This document shows positions 54,601 to 64,000 of a DNA stretch of 64,000 nucleotides, in pieces (the first letter of the stretch is position 1; the number at the start of each line of letters is the position of its first letter). The notes beneath the pieces are model-generated. The model made no database searches. It was not told the origin of the DNA and was given only the letters and a program-made list of their open reading frames with translations. Source of the DNA: Candidatus Eiseniibacteriota bacterium (GTDB taxonomy: Bacteria; Eisenbacteria; RBG-16-71-46). Location of the stretch: the NCBI GenBank assembly GCA_963717505.1, contig OY970342.1, positions 2,016,001-2,080,000 on the forward strand, in the 5' to 3' direction. The position numbers and the translations under genes are program-made.

Positions 54601-55128
54601 ATCGGGAAGTCGCTGGTCGTTCTCCTGATCCTGCTCTACGTCGACGCCTCGACGCTGGCGTTTGCGACCACCGCGCTGCTCCTGATCTACGGGCGCCACC
54701 ACGAACCCTGGGTGATCGCGGTGTTCGGCGGCGGGGCGAGCGCATTGGGCAGCGCGACGCAGCTGGCGTTGCTGCGCTGGATCCTGGCGGGTGACAAGCC
54801 GTGGATGCGTCGTTTCGCGCCGTCGCGCGAGCGGGTCGAGTCGGCACTCAAGCAATATCCCTCGGCATCGTTCCTTGCGCTCACCGTGGCGCGCGCCACG
54901 CCGCTACCCGACGCGCCACTCAAAATCGTCGCCGCAACCATCGGCTATCCGATTCCGCTCTACGGGTTGGCGACCTTCCTGGGATCGATGCCGTACTACT
55001 TCGTGCTCGCGCTGATCGGACGCAACTTCGACATCCCGGTGTGGGTCATCCTCGCAGCACTCGGACTGGTGGTCGTGGGGGTGGGCATCGACCTCCTGAG
55101 GCGGCGCCAGCGCCGGGCCGCGTCCTGA
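54601..55128 (+). CDS. DedA/VTT family membrane protein, probable ATC start
   Basis: Hydrophobic frame extends 37 codons upstream of GTG 54712 to ATC 54601; ARATPLP motif. Confidence 0.75.
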   Translation: MGKSLVVLLILLYVDASTLAFATTALLLIYGRHHEPWVIAVFGGGASALGSATQLALLRWILAGDKPWMRRFAPSRERVESALKQYPSASFLALTVARATPLPDAPLKIVAATIGYPIPLYGLATFLGSMPYYFVLALIGRNFDIPVWVILAALGLVVVGVGIDLLRRRQRRAAS

Positions 55129-57146
55129 TGCGGCAGAAGCGGCGACCGCGAAGCGCCGTTCGAACCCGCACGATGCGGGGCCGAGCCGATTCCGATCGGA
55201 TCGGCGTCGACACCGGCGGCACCTTCACCGATTTCGCCACGTTCCAGCGCGGGCGGCTCGCGTCGGTGAAGGTCCCCTCGACGCCGCGCGCCCCGGAACG
55301 CGCGGTGCTCGCCGGGCTCGACCGCATGTCGGCGTCGGCCGCGACCGCCGTGCGTCACGGCTCGACGGTCGCGACCAATGCGCTGATCGAGCGCACCGGC
55401 GCGCGGGTCACCTTCGTCACCACCGCCGGGTTCGAGGACCTGATCGAGATCGGTCGTCAGGATCGGCCCGACATCCATGCCATTGCGCCCCGGCGGGCAG
55501 TACCGCTCGTGCCGCGCGAGCGACGCGTCGGCGTCCGGGAGCGAACCGGTCCAAGCGGAGAAACGGTCCTGCGTCTGACCCCGGCCGAACTTGCGCGGCT
55601 GGGGCGGGCCGTGGCGCGCACCCGGCCGCAAGCGATCGCAGTCGGTCTGTTGCACTCCTACGCGAATCCGGCGCACGAGCGGGCGATCCGGCGGGCACTC
55701 GCGCCGCTGGGGGTCCCGATCACGCTGTCGAGCGAACTCTGCCCGGAGATCCGCGAGTACGAACGCTTCGCGACCACGGTCGCCAACGCGTTTCTGCTGC
55801 CGCGCGTCTCTCGGTACCTCGGGCGGCTGGCGCAGCGCGCGGGGTCGAGCCTCGAAATCGTCGAATCCCACGGCGGCACGGCGCCGGTTGCGCACGCGGC
55901 GCGCCATCCGGTGCGCCAGCTCCTGTCGGGCCCGGCGGCCGGGGTTCGCGCCGGCTGGGCAGTGGCGCGGGCGTGCGGCTTTCGCGCGGCGCTGACTCTC
56001 GATGTCGGCGGCACATCGACCGATTGCGCGCACGTCGAAGGGACGCTGCCGCGCAGCCGATCGCGTGAAGTCGCCGGTCATCCGATCCAGGTCCCGATGC
56101 TCGACGTCCACACGATCGGCGCCGGGGGTGGCTCGATCGCGCGCGTCGATCGAGGTGGCCTGCTGCACGTCGGGCCGACGAGCGCCGGGGCCGACCCGGG
56201 GCCGGCATGCTACGGGCGCGGCGGGCCGCCAACCGTGACCGACGCCCTCGTGATCCTCGGTCGCATTCCCGGCGACCGCCTGGCCGGTGGCACCTTCCCG
56301 ATCGATCGCGCCGCCGCCCATGCCGCGATGCTCGAGCTGGCGCGCGCACTAGGGCACCGCGATCCCCTGCGCGCGGCCGCCGGCGTCGTGACGCTCGCCG
56401 AGGCGCACATGGCGGCGGCACTCCGGCGCGTATCGATCGAGCGCGGCCACGATCCGCGGCAGGCGGCCCTCGTGTGCTTTGGCGGCGCGGGCGGGCTTCA
56501 CGCGTGCGCGCTCGCCGGGCCCCTGGGCTCGGTCGCCGTGTTCCCGCGCCACGCCGGTGTGCTCTCAGCGCTCGGCGCGTGGCTTGGAGGCTCGCGTCGC
56601 GAACGAAGCCGCTCGGTCCTGCTCGACACCGGGGACCGGGGCGCGATCGGCCGCGGGCTCGCGGCCCTCGAGCGCGAGGTGCGCGAGTCGTTCCCGCGCG
56701 CGGAGCAGCGACTCATCCAGATCGAGCGACGGGCGGAGGTGCGCTACCGGGGGCAGTCGCACGAACTCTCGGTCGAGGTCGGCGTCGATCTCGTCGGCCG
56801 CTTCCACCGCGAGCACGCGCGGCGCTACGGATTCGCGGAACCCGAGGCCGCGGTCGAGGTCGTGACTCTCGATGTGCGCGGCGCCCTGGCGGATCGGCCT
56901 CTGCCGCGTGCATCGCGCCGCAGTGGTGGCGCGTCACGCGCGGCGAATCGGGCGCGCGTCCACGACGGCGAACGGTGGCGCACCGTGCCGGTGTGGCGCA
57001 TGGAAGCGCTCGGTCCCGGCTTCACGACCCGCGGTCCCGGTATCGTGATCGAGGACGGAGCGACGCTGTGGATCGCGACCGGCTGGCGCGCGCGCTGGCA
57101 TCGGTCGGGAGCCCTGGTGCTCGAGTCGTCGAGGCGGCGGGCATGA
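55128..57146 (+). CDS. Hydantoinase/5-oxoprolinase A subunit
   Basis: GVDTGGTFTD, HGSTVATNA, REYERF, SGPAAG, DVGGTSTD, GAGGGS, SAGADPGPACY. Confidence 0.92.
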   Translation: MRQKRRPRSAVRTRTMRGRADSDRIGVDTGGTFTDFATFQRGRLASVKVPSTPRAPERAVLAGLDRMSASAATAVRHGSTVATNALIERTGARVTFVTTAGFEDLIEIGRQDRPDIHAIAPRRAVPLVPRERRVGVRERTGPSGETVLRLTPAELARLGRAVARTRPQAIAVGLLHSYANPAHERAIRRALAPLGVPITLSSELCPEIREYERFATTVANAFLLPRVSRYLGRLAQRAGSSLEIVESHGGTAPVAHAARHPVRQLLSGPAAGVRAGWAVARACGFRAALTLDVGGTSTDCAHVEGTLPRSRSREVAGHPIQVPMLDVHTIGAGGGSIARVDRGGLLHVGPTSAGADPGPACYGRGGPPTVTDALVILGRIPGDRLAGGTFPIDRAAAHAAMLELARALGHRDPLRAAAGVVTLAEAHMAAALRRVSIERGHDPRQAALVCFGGAGGLHACALAGPLGSVAVFPRHAGVLSALGAWLGGSRRERSRSVLLDTGDRGAIGRGLAALEREVRESFPRAEQRLIQIERRAEVRYRGQSHELSVEVGVDLVGRFHREHARRYGFAEPEAAVEVVTLDVRGALADRPLPRASRRSGGASRAANRARVHDGERWRTVPVWRMEALGPGFTTRGPGIVIEDGATLWIATGWRARWHRSGALVLESSRRRA

Positions 57147-58767
57147 GACGGCGCATTGCGGGCGGGTTCGACGGGGCTCGCCTCGCCCTCTTCCAGGGCT
57201 TGTTCTCGGCGTGCGCCGAGGAGATGGGCGTGACCCTGATGCGCACTGCGCACTCGCCGAACATCAAGGAGCGCCTCGACCACTCGTGCGCGCTGTTCGA
57301 CGGCCGCGGGCGCCTGGTGGCGCAGGCGGCGCACATTCCGGTGCACCTCGGCAGCATGCCGCGCGCGGTCGAGGCGGTGCTCGAGCGTTGCGCGTTCGCT
57401 CCCGGCGACGTCGTGTTGCTCAACGATCCCTATGCCGGCGGCACCCACCTGCCCGACCTGACGCTGGTCTCGCCGGTGTTTGCTCGACACCTGCGCCGGC
57501 GCGGCGAACCACGCCCCGACTTCCTGGTCGCGAGCCGCGCCCACCACGCCGACATCGGCGGCGCGATCTCCGGGCTCGATGCCGACTTGCGCGCGAGATC
57601 TACGAGCGAAGGCCTGCGCATTCCGCCGGTCCACCTGGTGCGCGGCGGGCGCATCGTGCCCGACGTGCTCGCGCTGGTGCTCGCCAACGTGCGCACCGCG
57701 CGCGAGCGCCGCGCCGATCTGCTGGCGCAGCTCGGTGCTCAGTCGACCGGCGAACACCGGCTGGGCGAGCTGATCGGCCGGCACGGGCTCGCGACGCTCG
57801 AGGCCGCGGCCGAATCACTCATCGGCTACGCCGCTCGCTGCATGCGCGCGGCGTTGAGCGCTCTGCCGCGCGGGCGATGGCGGTTCGCGGATGCGCTCGA
57901 CGACGACGGACTCGGCGGCGGACCGGTCCGTCTGGCGGTCACGCTGGTGACCGGCGGCGGCCGGCTGCGCGTCGACTTCACCGGATCGAGTGCCGCGACC
58001 GCGGGGCCGCTCAACGCGTCGCTGGCGGTGACCCAGGCCGCGGTGACCTACGCGGTCCGCTGGTGCTCGGCGGCGACTTCCCGGTGAATGACGGCTCGCT
58101 CTCCGGAGTCGAGATCGTGGCGCCGCCGGGCAGCATCGTCCATGCGGTCGAGCCCGCGGCGGTGGTCGGCGGCAACGTCGAGACGTCGCAGCGCATCGTC
58201 GACGTCGTGCTCGGCGCATTCGCGCGCGCGCTGCCCGGGCGGATTCCGGCCGCGAGCAACGGCACGATGAGCAACCTGCTCGATCGGCGGACGCGATCCG
58301 CGCACCGGTGCCGCCGTTCTCGTACTACGAGACCTTGGCGGGCGGCCACGGCGGCGGCCCGGGATGGTCCGGGGCTTCCGCGATGCAGGCGCACATGACC
58401 AACACGCGCAACACGCCGGTCGAATCGCTCGAACACGCCTATCCGTTGCGCGTGGTATCGACGCGCATCCGTCGCGGGAGCGGCGGCCGCGGGCGCTTCC
58501 GCGGCGGCGACGGCATCGAGCGCACGCTCGAGCTGTTGGCGCCCGCCGCGCGTCACCGTGCTGTCGGACCGGCGGCGGACGCGTCCCTACGGTCTCGCCG
58601 GCGGCGGGCCCGGGGTTTCCGGCGTGAATCGGGTACGCGCTCGCGCCGGTGCTCCCGCGCGCCGCATGCCGGGGAAGTTCGTCGTTGACCTGGCCGCGGG
58701 GGCTCTGCTAACCGTGGCCAGCCCCGGTGGTGGCGGACACGGTCGTCGCGCCCGCCGCCGCCGCTGA
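57143..58767 (+). CDS. Hydantoinase/5-oxoprolinase B subunit (several frameshifts between 57570 and 58555)
   Basis: SPNIKERLDHSC, HIPVHLGSM, NDPYAGGTHLPD, HHADIGG, GNVETSQR, HMTNTRNTPVE, GSGGRGRFRGGDG, PGGGG. Confidence 0.88.
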
Positions 58768-58790
58768 CCGTGCCGCGCCCAGGAGGCTCC

Positions 58791-59990
58791 ATGCGCCGTC
58801 CGCTTCGCGCCAGTCTGTTGCTGTTGCTCGCCGCGCCGCTCGCCGCCCTGCTCACCGCGAAACGCGCCGAAACGGTTCCGCTCTACGCCGCCCGCACCGG
58901 CAATCTGTGCGTGCAATGCCACTTCGATCCGAACGGCGGCGGCCCGCGCAACGAGTTCGGCTTCATGTATGCGCGCAACCGCCACAGCCTGGAACCGGAG
59001 GGCGAGGGCAGCCCGTGGAAGGACCTGGCGGTGGTCAACAAGGTCGGCGAATCGATGCCTCTGTTCTTCGGCCTCAATCAGCGCTTCATGCTGCTGGGCA
59101 ATACCTCGATCGAGAGCGACTCGCTCGACCGCCTCGGATTCTTCAACATGGAGAGCGCCCTCCACGTGACGTTCCAGCCGCATCATGCGTTGACCCTGGT
59201 CTATTCGCGCGGAGCGAATCCGTTCGGCGGTTCCGGTTCCGTGGAGCAGAAGGAGGCGTTCGGAAAGCTCGCCATGCCGGGCGGCGGCTACCTGAAAGCC
59301 GGACGCTTTCGAAATCCCTTCGGCCTGCGCATGGACGACCACACGGTCGCGACCCGCAACGGATTCCTCGACTTTTCGACCACCGATCGCTACCTGCCCT
59401 CGGACCCCCGTGCGACCGACATCGGCATCGAGTACGGCCAGAACTATGGCGCGTTCTTCGGCCAGGCCGCGTGGACGAACGGCTCGTCGGACGTGTTCTT
59501 CGGCAACACGTTCGCCGAGACGAAAACCGTGAAGATCGGCATGAACGGCCCGATGTACCAGGGCGCCGTGTCCTTCTACGACGACTTCCAGAAGAACGTG
59601 ACCTTCGGACCGCGCCGCGCCACACGCTGGGCCTATTACGGCATGACGCACTACGGGCCCTTCGCGCTGCTCGGTGAGATCGGCGCGGGCACGGACGACT
59701 TCGATGTCAGCAAGCGCAACCTGCTGGCCTGGTTCGCCGAGCTGGACTACGCGCCGACGCGGACGCTCAACTTCAGGCTGCGGACCGACTACCTGAACCC
59801 CGACCGTTCGAGCGATGAGACGGTGCGCGAAGCCAACACGCACTACCGCTATGCGCTCGAGGGCGAGGTGGTCCCGATGCCGTTCGCCGAGCTGCGCTGG
59901 GTGATCCGCAGGATCGATCACGCCGACGAGCAGGCGTTCGGCTACGAAGACGAGATGCAGTACTACGTCCAGGCGCACTTTTCGTACTAG
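58791..59990 (+). CDS. Monoheme cytochrome c - outer-membrane beta-barrel fusion (Cyc2-like architecture)
   Basis: Signal peptide, VPLYAARTGNLCVQCH..GGGPRNEFG, aromatic amphipathic strands, terminal YVQAHFSY. Confidence 0.75.
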   Translation: MRRPLRASLLLLLAAPLAALLTAKRAETVPLYAARTGNLCVQCHFDPNGGGPRNEFGFMYARNRHSLEPEGEGSPWKDLAVVNKVGESMPLFFGLNQRFMLLGNTSIESDSLDRLGFFNMESALHVTFQPHHALTLVYSRGANPFGGSGSVEQKEAFGKLAMPGGGYLKAGRFRNPFGLRMDDHTVATRNGFLDFSTTDRYLPSDPRATDIGIEYGQNYGAFFGQAAWTNGSSDVFFGNTFAETKTVKIGMNGPMYQGAVSFYDDFQKNVTFGPRRATRWAYYGMTHYGPFALLGEIGAGTDDFDVSKRNLLAWFAELDYAPTRTLNFRLRTDYLNPDRSSDETVREANTHYRYALEGEVVPMPFAELRWVIRRIDHADEQAFGYEDEMQYYVQAHFSY

Positions 59991-60006
59991 GCGAGCCGCC
60001 GGAACT

Positions 60007-61497
60007 TCAGGCTTGGGTGCGCAGGCCCGCGATCCGCCGCGCGACGATGGTGCGCGTGAGCGGCGTGGCGTCGGCGGCCGAGATGCGGACCATGGCTTCC
60101 GGAACGTGGTCGAGGAAGCCGTCGTTCTGAAGTCCGACGAGCACGGTCGGCAGCGCGCGACAATCGGTGCGAATGCGGTCGATCTCGTCCGCGGCCAGCG
60201 GTGCCCGACTGCGCACCACGATGACTTGAGCGGACGCGGGCGCTGCCGGGTCGGGGCTCAACGGAACTCCTGAGGCCGCGAGTTCCGCCTGAAGCGGCAG
60301 GTCCTCGGCGACCGACACCGCAATGCCGCGCGCCGCGAGCTCGGCGTCGACCGCCGACATCGCGCGCGGTCCGGCCTGCGCGATCCGCCACGCGCCGCCG
60401 CGAGCGTTGGCCGGCAGCGAGCCCCGGACGATCAAGCCACGTTCGATGATCGCCTCGAGCCGCTCGGGCCACTCCGCAGGCGTCAGCGACTCGAGTCCGG
60501 CCTCGAGCTCCGGGGCTCGGGGTTCGCCGTGAGTCTGATCGAATGCCATCAAGCGCGGTCGCGCGGCGTCGAAGCTCTCGCGGTCCACGCGGTCTTCGGT
60601 CAGGTCCTTGGCCAGCTCGAGCCGCACGCGTCGGACGGCTTCGTCGTGAAACGCGAACAGCAACAGATCGCAGCCGGCTGTCAGGGCGCGCCGCGCGGTC
60701 TCGGCCGGCGAGAGCCCGACGGCGCCTTTCATCTCCAGGGCATCGGTGATGGTCACGCCGCGGAATCCCATGCGCTCGCGCAGCAGGTCGCGCAGGATCG
60801 CGGCCGAGAGGGTCGCCGGTGACTCGGGGTCGAGCGCGGGGAAGGTCACATGCGCGGTCATGACCGCGCCGGCCTCGAGATTCGCGCGAAACGGGACCAG
60901 CTCGCGCGCTTCGAGCTCGGCGGCGGACCGGGCGCACACCGGACGAGCCACGTGGGAGTCGAGCACGGTGTCGCCATGCCCGGGGAAGTGTTTGAGGCAG
61001 GAGGCGATTCCTGCGTCGCGGTGGCCGCGCAGCGTCTCGGCGACCGCCGCCGCGACTCGGGCGGCGTCGGTGCCGAAACTCCGGGCGCCGATCACGGGAT
61101 TCTCGGGCGCGGAGTGAACGTCGGCCACCGGTGCCAGCACCCAGTCGACTCCGAGCGCGCGCAGCCTTTCGCCGGTGACGCGCGCGATCCATTCCAGGTC
61201 GCCGGGTGCCGCGCCCCGGGCGACCAGCATCGCGTTGGGCGGCACAGTCAGATGACCCTCGAGCTGCGAGACGTGGCCGCCTTCTTCGTCCATCGCGATG
61301 AAGATCCGGCGCGGCCGCGCGAGCTCGCGCAGCCGCGCCGTGAGGCGTCGCAGGCTTACCAGGTCGACGAAGTCGCGACGGAAGACGATGACGCCCGCCG
61401 GGGGATAGGCGGAGAAGTCGCGTTCCCAGGCGGGTGAGGGTCCCTCGGGCGGCAAGCCGAGGATCATTCGGCGGGCGATCGCGCGCTGCGCGTCCAT
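60007..61497 (-). CDS. nagZ: GH3 beta-N-acetylhexosaminidase
   Basis: DEEGG, APVADV, KHFPGHGDTVLDSH, MTAHV, ITDALEM. Confidence 0.92.
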   Translation of the reverse strand: MDAQRAIARRMILGLPPEGPSPAWERDFSAYPPAGVIVFRRDFVDLVSLRRLTARLRELARPRRIFIAMDEEGGHVSQLEGHLTVPPNAMLVARGAAPGDLEWIARVTGERLRALGVDWVLAPVADVHSAPENPVIGARSFGTDAARVAAAVAETLRGHRDAGIASCLKHFPGHGDTVLDSHVARPVCARSAAELEARELVPFRANLEAGAVMTAHVTFPALDPESPATLSAAILRDLLRERMGFRGVTITDALEMKGAVGLSPAETARRALTAGCDLLLFAFHDEAVRRVRLELAKDLTEDRVDRESFDAARPRLMAFDQTHGEPRAPELEAGLESLTPAEWPERLEAIIERGLIVRGSLPANARGGAWRIAQAGPRAMSAVDAELAARGIAVSVAEDLPLQAELAASGVPLSPDPAAPASAQVIVVRSRAPLAADEIDRIRTDCRALPTVLVGLQNDGFLDHVPEAMVRISAADATPLTRTIVARRIAGLRTQA

Positions 61498-61504
61498 GGG
61501 GCCG

Positions 61505-61533
61505 AAGTTGGGCGAGTGTGCCGACACTGTCAA
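61505..61533 (-). promoter_or_regulatory. Sigma70-like promoter, probably leaderless nagZ
   Basis: TTGACA-N17-CAACTT, 7 nt before ATG 61497. Confidence 0.5.
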
Positions 61534-61693
61534 ACCCCGCGCGCGTCCCGGCGAACCCCGCGTCGGTCGGCCACGGTGCAGCCCGCCCCCGGTGGTCGCG
61601 TAGTTTGCATTGCGTTCCGCCCGGAATCAGTTCACGGCGATGCAAGACGCCGGTTGGGGTCGGTTTCGGGTCGCGTTACACTAATGGGCCACC

Positions 61694-62869
61694 ATGCGAC
61701 CTCCGGTCTCCCAACGCAGCACCCGATTCACCGAATCGGTGATTCGCGAGATGACCCGGCTGTGCCAGCGTCACGGCGGGGTCAACCTTGCGCAGGGATT
61801 CCCCGACTTCCCCGCCCCCGAGGAACTCAAGGACGCCGCGGCACGGGCGGTGCTTTCTGATGTCAATCAGTACGCGATCACCTGGGGCGCCAAGCGCCTC
61901 CGGGATGCGCTGGTGGCCAAGACACGCCGCTTCACCGGTCTCGAATACGACCCCGAAGCCGAAATCGCCGTGTGCTGTGGGTCGACCGAGTGCATGGCCG
62001 CCACACTGCTCGCGCTGGTGGATCCGGGGGATGAAGTCATCGTGTTCGAACCGTTCTACGAAAACTACGGACCCGACGCGGTTCTGTGCGGAGCCGAACC
62101 GAAGTTCGTGCGCCTGCGCGAGCCCGACTGGTCGTTCGATCCCGACGAACTCGAGCGCGCGTTCAGCAACCGGACTCGGGCGATCGTGGTCAACACGCCG
62201 AACAATCCGACCGGGAAGGTCTTCTCCCGCGCCGAGCTGGAGCTCATCGCCGGCCTGTGCCGAAAGTGGAACGTGATCGCGGTCACCGATGAGATCTACG
62301 AGCACATTCTCTACGACGGCGCCGAGCACGTGACCCTGGCCGGACTCGAGGGCATGCGCGAGCGCACCGTGACCATCAGCGGCGCATCGAAGACCTACGC
62401 CGTGACCGGATGGCGGGTGGGCTGGTGTCTGGCGCCTCCGGCGCTGACCAACGCGATTCGAAAGGTTCACGACTTCCTGACCGTGGGCGCACCGGCGCCG
62501 CTTCAGGAGGCGATCGCGGTCGCGCTCGAGCTGCCCGATGACTACTACGTGCGATTGGCCAATGCCTACTGCGAGCGGCGGGAGTTTCTGGTGCCGGCCC
62601 TCGATCGGGCCGGGTTCCGGACGTTTCGGCCGCGAGGTGCGTACTACGTCATGACCGACATCTCGGACTTCGGATTCCCGGACGACGTCGCCTTCGCCCG
62701 TCACCTGGTCGAGGACATCGGTGTCGCCGCGGTTCCGGGGTCGAGTTTCTATGCGGATCCTGTGTCGGGACACCGCAGACTGCGCTTCCATTTCGCCCGC
62801 AGACGCGAGACACTTCAAGGGGCCGCGGATCGATTGGGCCGGCTCACGGCCCGCGCTTCGACGACCTAG
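61694..62869 (+). CDS. Class I/II PLP aminotransferase (YbdL/DapC-like)
   Basis: NLAQGFPDF, NTPNNPTG, DEIYEH, SKTYAVTGWRVG. Confidence 0.92.
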   Translation: MRPPVSQRSTRFTESVIREMTRLCQRHGGVNLAQGFPDFPAPEELKDAAARAVLSDVNQYAITWGAKRLRDALVAKTRRFTGLEYDPEAEIAVCCGSTECMAATLLALVDPGDEVIVFEPFYENYGPDAVLCGAEPKFVRLREPDWSFDPDELERAFSNRTRAIVVNTPNNPTGKVFSRAELELIAGLCRKWNVIAVTDEIYEHILYDGAEHVTLAGLEGMRERTVTISGASKTYAVTGWRVGWCLAPPALTNAIRKVHDFLTVGAPAPLQEAIAVALELPDDYYVRLANAYCERREFLVPALDRAGFRTFRPRGAYYVMTDISDFGFPDDVAFARHLVEDIGVAAVPGSSFYADPVSGHRRLRFHFARRRETLQGAADRLGRLTARASTT

Positions 62870-62884
62870 TTCACGGAGAGTTCC

Positions 62885-64000
62885 ATGGCATCTGCTCGTC
62901 GCAACCCGCTTGGTCCGCTGGCACTGGCCATGGCCGTCTCGGTGACTCTGGGCTTCGGTCTCGCTCGCGGTCTCCAAGCCACCGATGATCTGCGCAGCCA
63001 ACTCGACCTGTTTTCGCAGATCCTCTACCTGGTCCAGAACAACTACGTCGACCCGCCCGACAACCAGAAGCTGATCCGCGGCGCGATCGACGGGATGCTC
63101 CGGACCCTCGACCCGCACACCGTGTTCGTGCCGGAACAGCGGGCCCAGCGCATGGACGAGGAGTTCCAGGGCGAGTATTCGGGCATCGGCATCCAGTTCG
63201 AGATTCGCGACAACGCGATCGTCGTGATCTCGCCGCTCGAAGGCACGCCGGCGTACCGTCTCGGCATCACGGCCGGGGACCGGATCATCGAGGTCGACAA
63301 GCAGCCGCTGCCGAAGAACCTGACCAACGACGACGTGTTCAAGCTGCTGCGCGGGCCGAATGGCAGCCTGGTGGGAGTCACCATTCTGCGGCAGGACGAA
63401 CCCGAGGCGCTCGCGTTCTCGATCGAGCGCGCCAAGATCCCGATCGAAAGTGTGCCCTACGCGTTCATGATCCGCCCGGGTGTCGGCTACGTCCGGGTCA
63501 TTCGCTTCTCGCAGACCACCGGCGACGAGCTGGACAAGGCGCTGGGAACGCTCCAGGACCAGGGAATGAAGTCCCTGCTGCTCGACCTACGCTCGAATTC
63601 CGGCGGTCTGCTATCGCAGGCGATCGAAGTCCTCGATCAGCTGGTGCCCCAGAACAAGCTGCTGGTCTACACGCGCGGCCGGATTCCGTCCGCGAATGCC
63701 GATTACAAGAGCGGCGGCCGCGAGAAGTTCCTCGAAGGCCCGATCGTCGCGTTGATCGACCACGGCAGCGCCTCGGCGTCGGAGATCGTTTCGGGAGCGA
63801 TCCAGGATCTCGACCGCGGGCTGGTCGCGGGCACCAACTCGTTCGGCAAGGGGCTGGTGCAGAACCAGCTTCGGCTCTCGGACGGCTCGAAGCTCCTGCT
63901 GACCATCGCCAAGTACTACACGCCGAGCGGCCGGCTCATCCAGCGCGATTACAGCAAGTTCTCCGACCGCGGCGAATACCAGGAAGAGGCCTATCGCGCC
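62885..64000 (+). CDS. ctpA: S41 C-terminal processing peptidase (3'-truncated, absent from ORF track)
   Basis: Manual translation: LDPHT, YSGIGI (PDZ), DLRSNSGGLL, SASASEIVSGAIQD, SFGKGLVQ, AKYYTPSGR. Confidence 0.93.
   Translation, partial: MASARRNPLGPLALAMAVSVTLGFGLARGLQATDDLRSQLDLFSQILYLVQNNYVDPPDNQKLIRGAIDGMLRTLDPHTVFVPEQRAQRMDEEFQGEYSGIGIQFEIRDNAIVVISPLEGTPAYRLGITAGDRIIEVDKQPLPKNLTNDDVFKLLRGPNGSLVGVTILRQDEPEALAFSIERAKIPIESVPYAFMIRPGVGYVRVIRFSQTTGDELDKALGTLQDQGMKSLLLDLRSNSGGLLSQAIEVLDQLVPQNKLLVYTRGRIPSANADYKSGGREKFLEGPIVALIDHGSASASEIVSGAIQDLDRGLVAGTNSFGKGLVQNQLRLSDGSKLLLTIAKYYTPSGRLIQRDYSKFSDRGEYQEEAYRA

Overview
High-GC bacterial chromosome segment. Secreted proteins with FlgD/T9SS-like C-terminal domains, a PorX-like regulator next to tsaE and an LptD with a long OstA region suggest a diderm FCB-related lineage, possibly Candidatus Eisenbacteria (inference). 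Most of the ~57 CDS are housekeeping or metabolic: acyl-CoA catabolism; propionyl/methylmalonyl-CoA genes; tgt-yajC-def-fmt-rsmB-PASTA-rpe; ffh-rpsP; serS; porX-tsaE-tsaB/rimI-accD-folC-lptD; transsulfuration; hydantoinase/oxoprolinase; nagZ; ctpA. Genes at 5.0-9.6 kb and 57.5-58.6 kb carry many single-base frameshifts, probably long-read errors. No rRNA, tRNA, CRISPR array or transposase was seen. Highlights: (1) a probable selenoprotein truncated by the ORF track (48298-49701: signal peptide, C-G-TGA motif with a SECIS-like hairpin, degenerate UshA/5'-nucleotidase fold, tetraheme cytochrome c); (2) two copies of a 40-bp-period array of 11-6-11 tyrosine-recombinase-like sites alternating with variable 12-bp palindromes, each at the right edge of a lower-GC segment encoding a secreted protein; (3) a Cyc2-like monoheme cytochrome-porin fusion; (4) a probable ATC start codon, several apparently leaderless genes and two structured non-coding regions.
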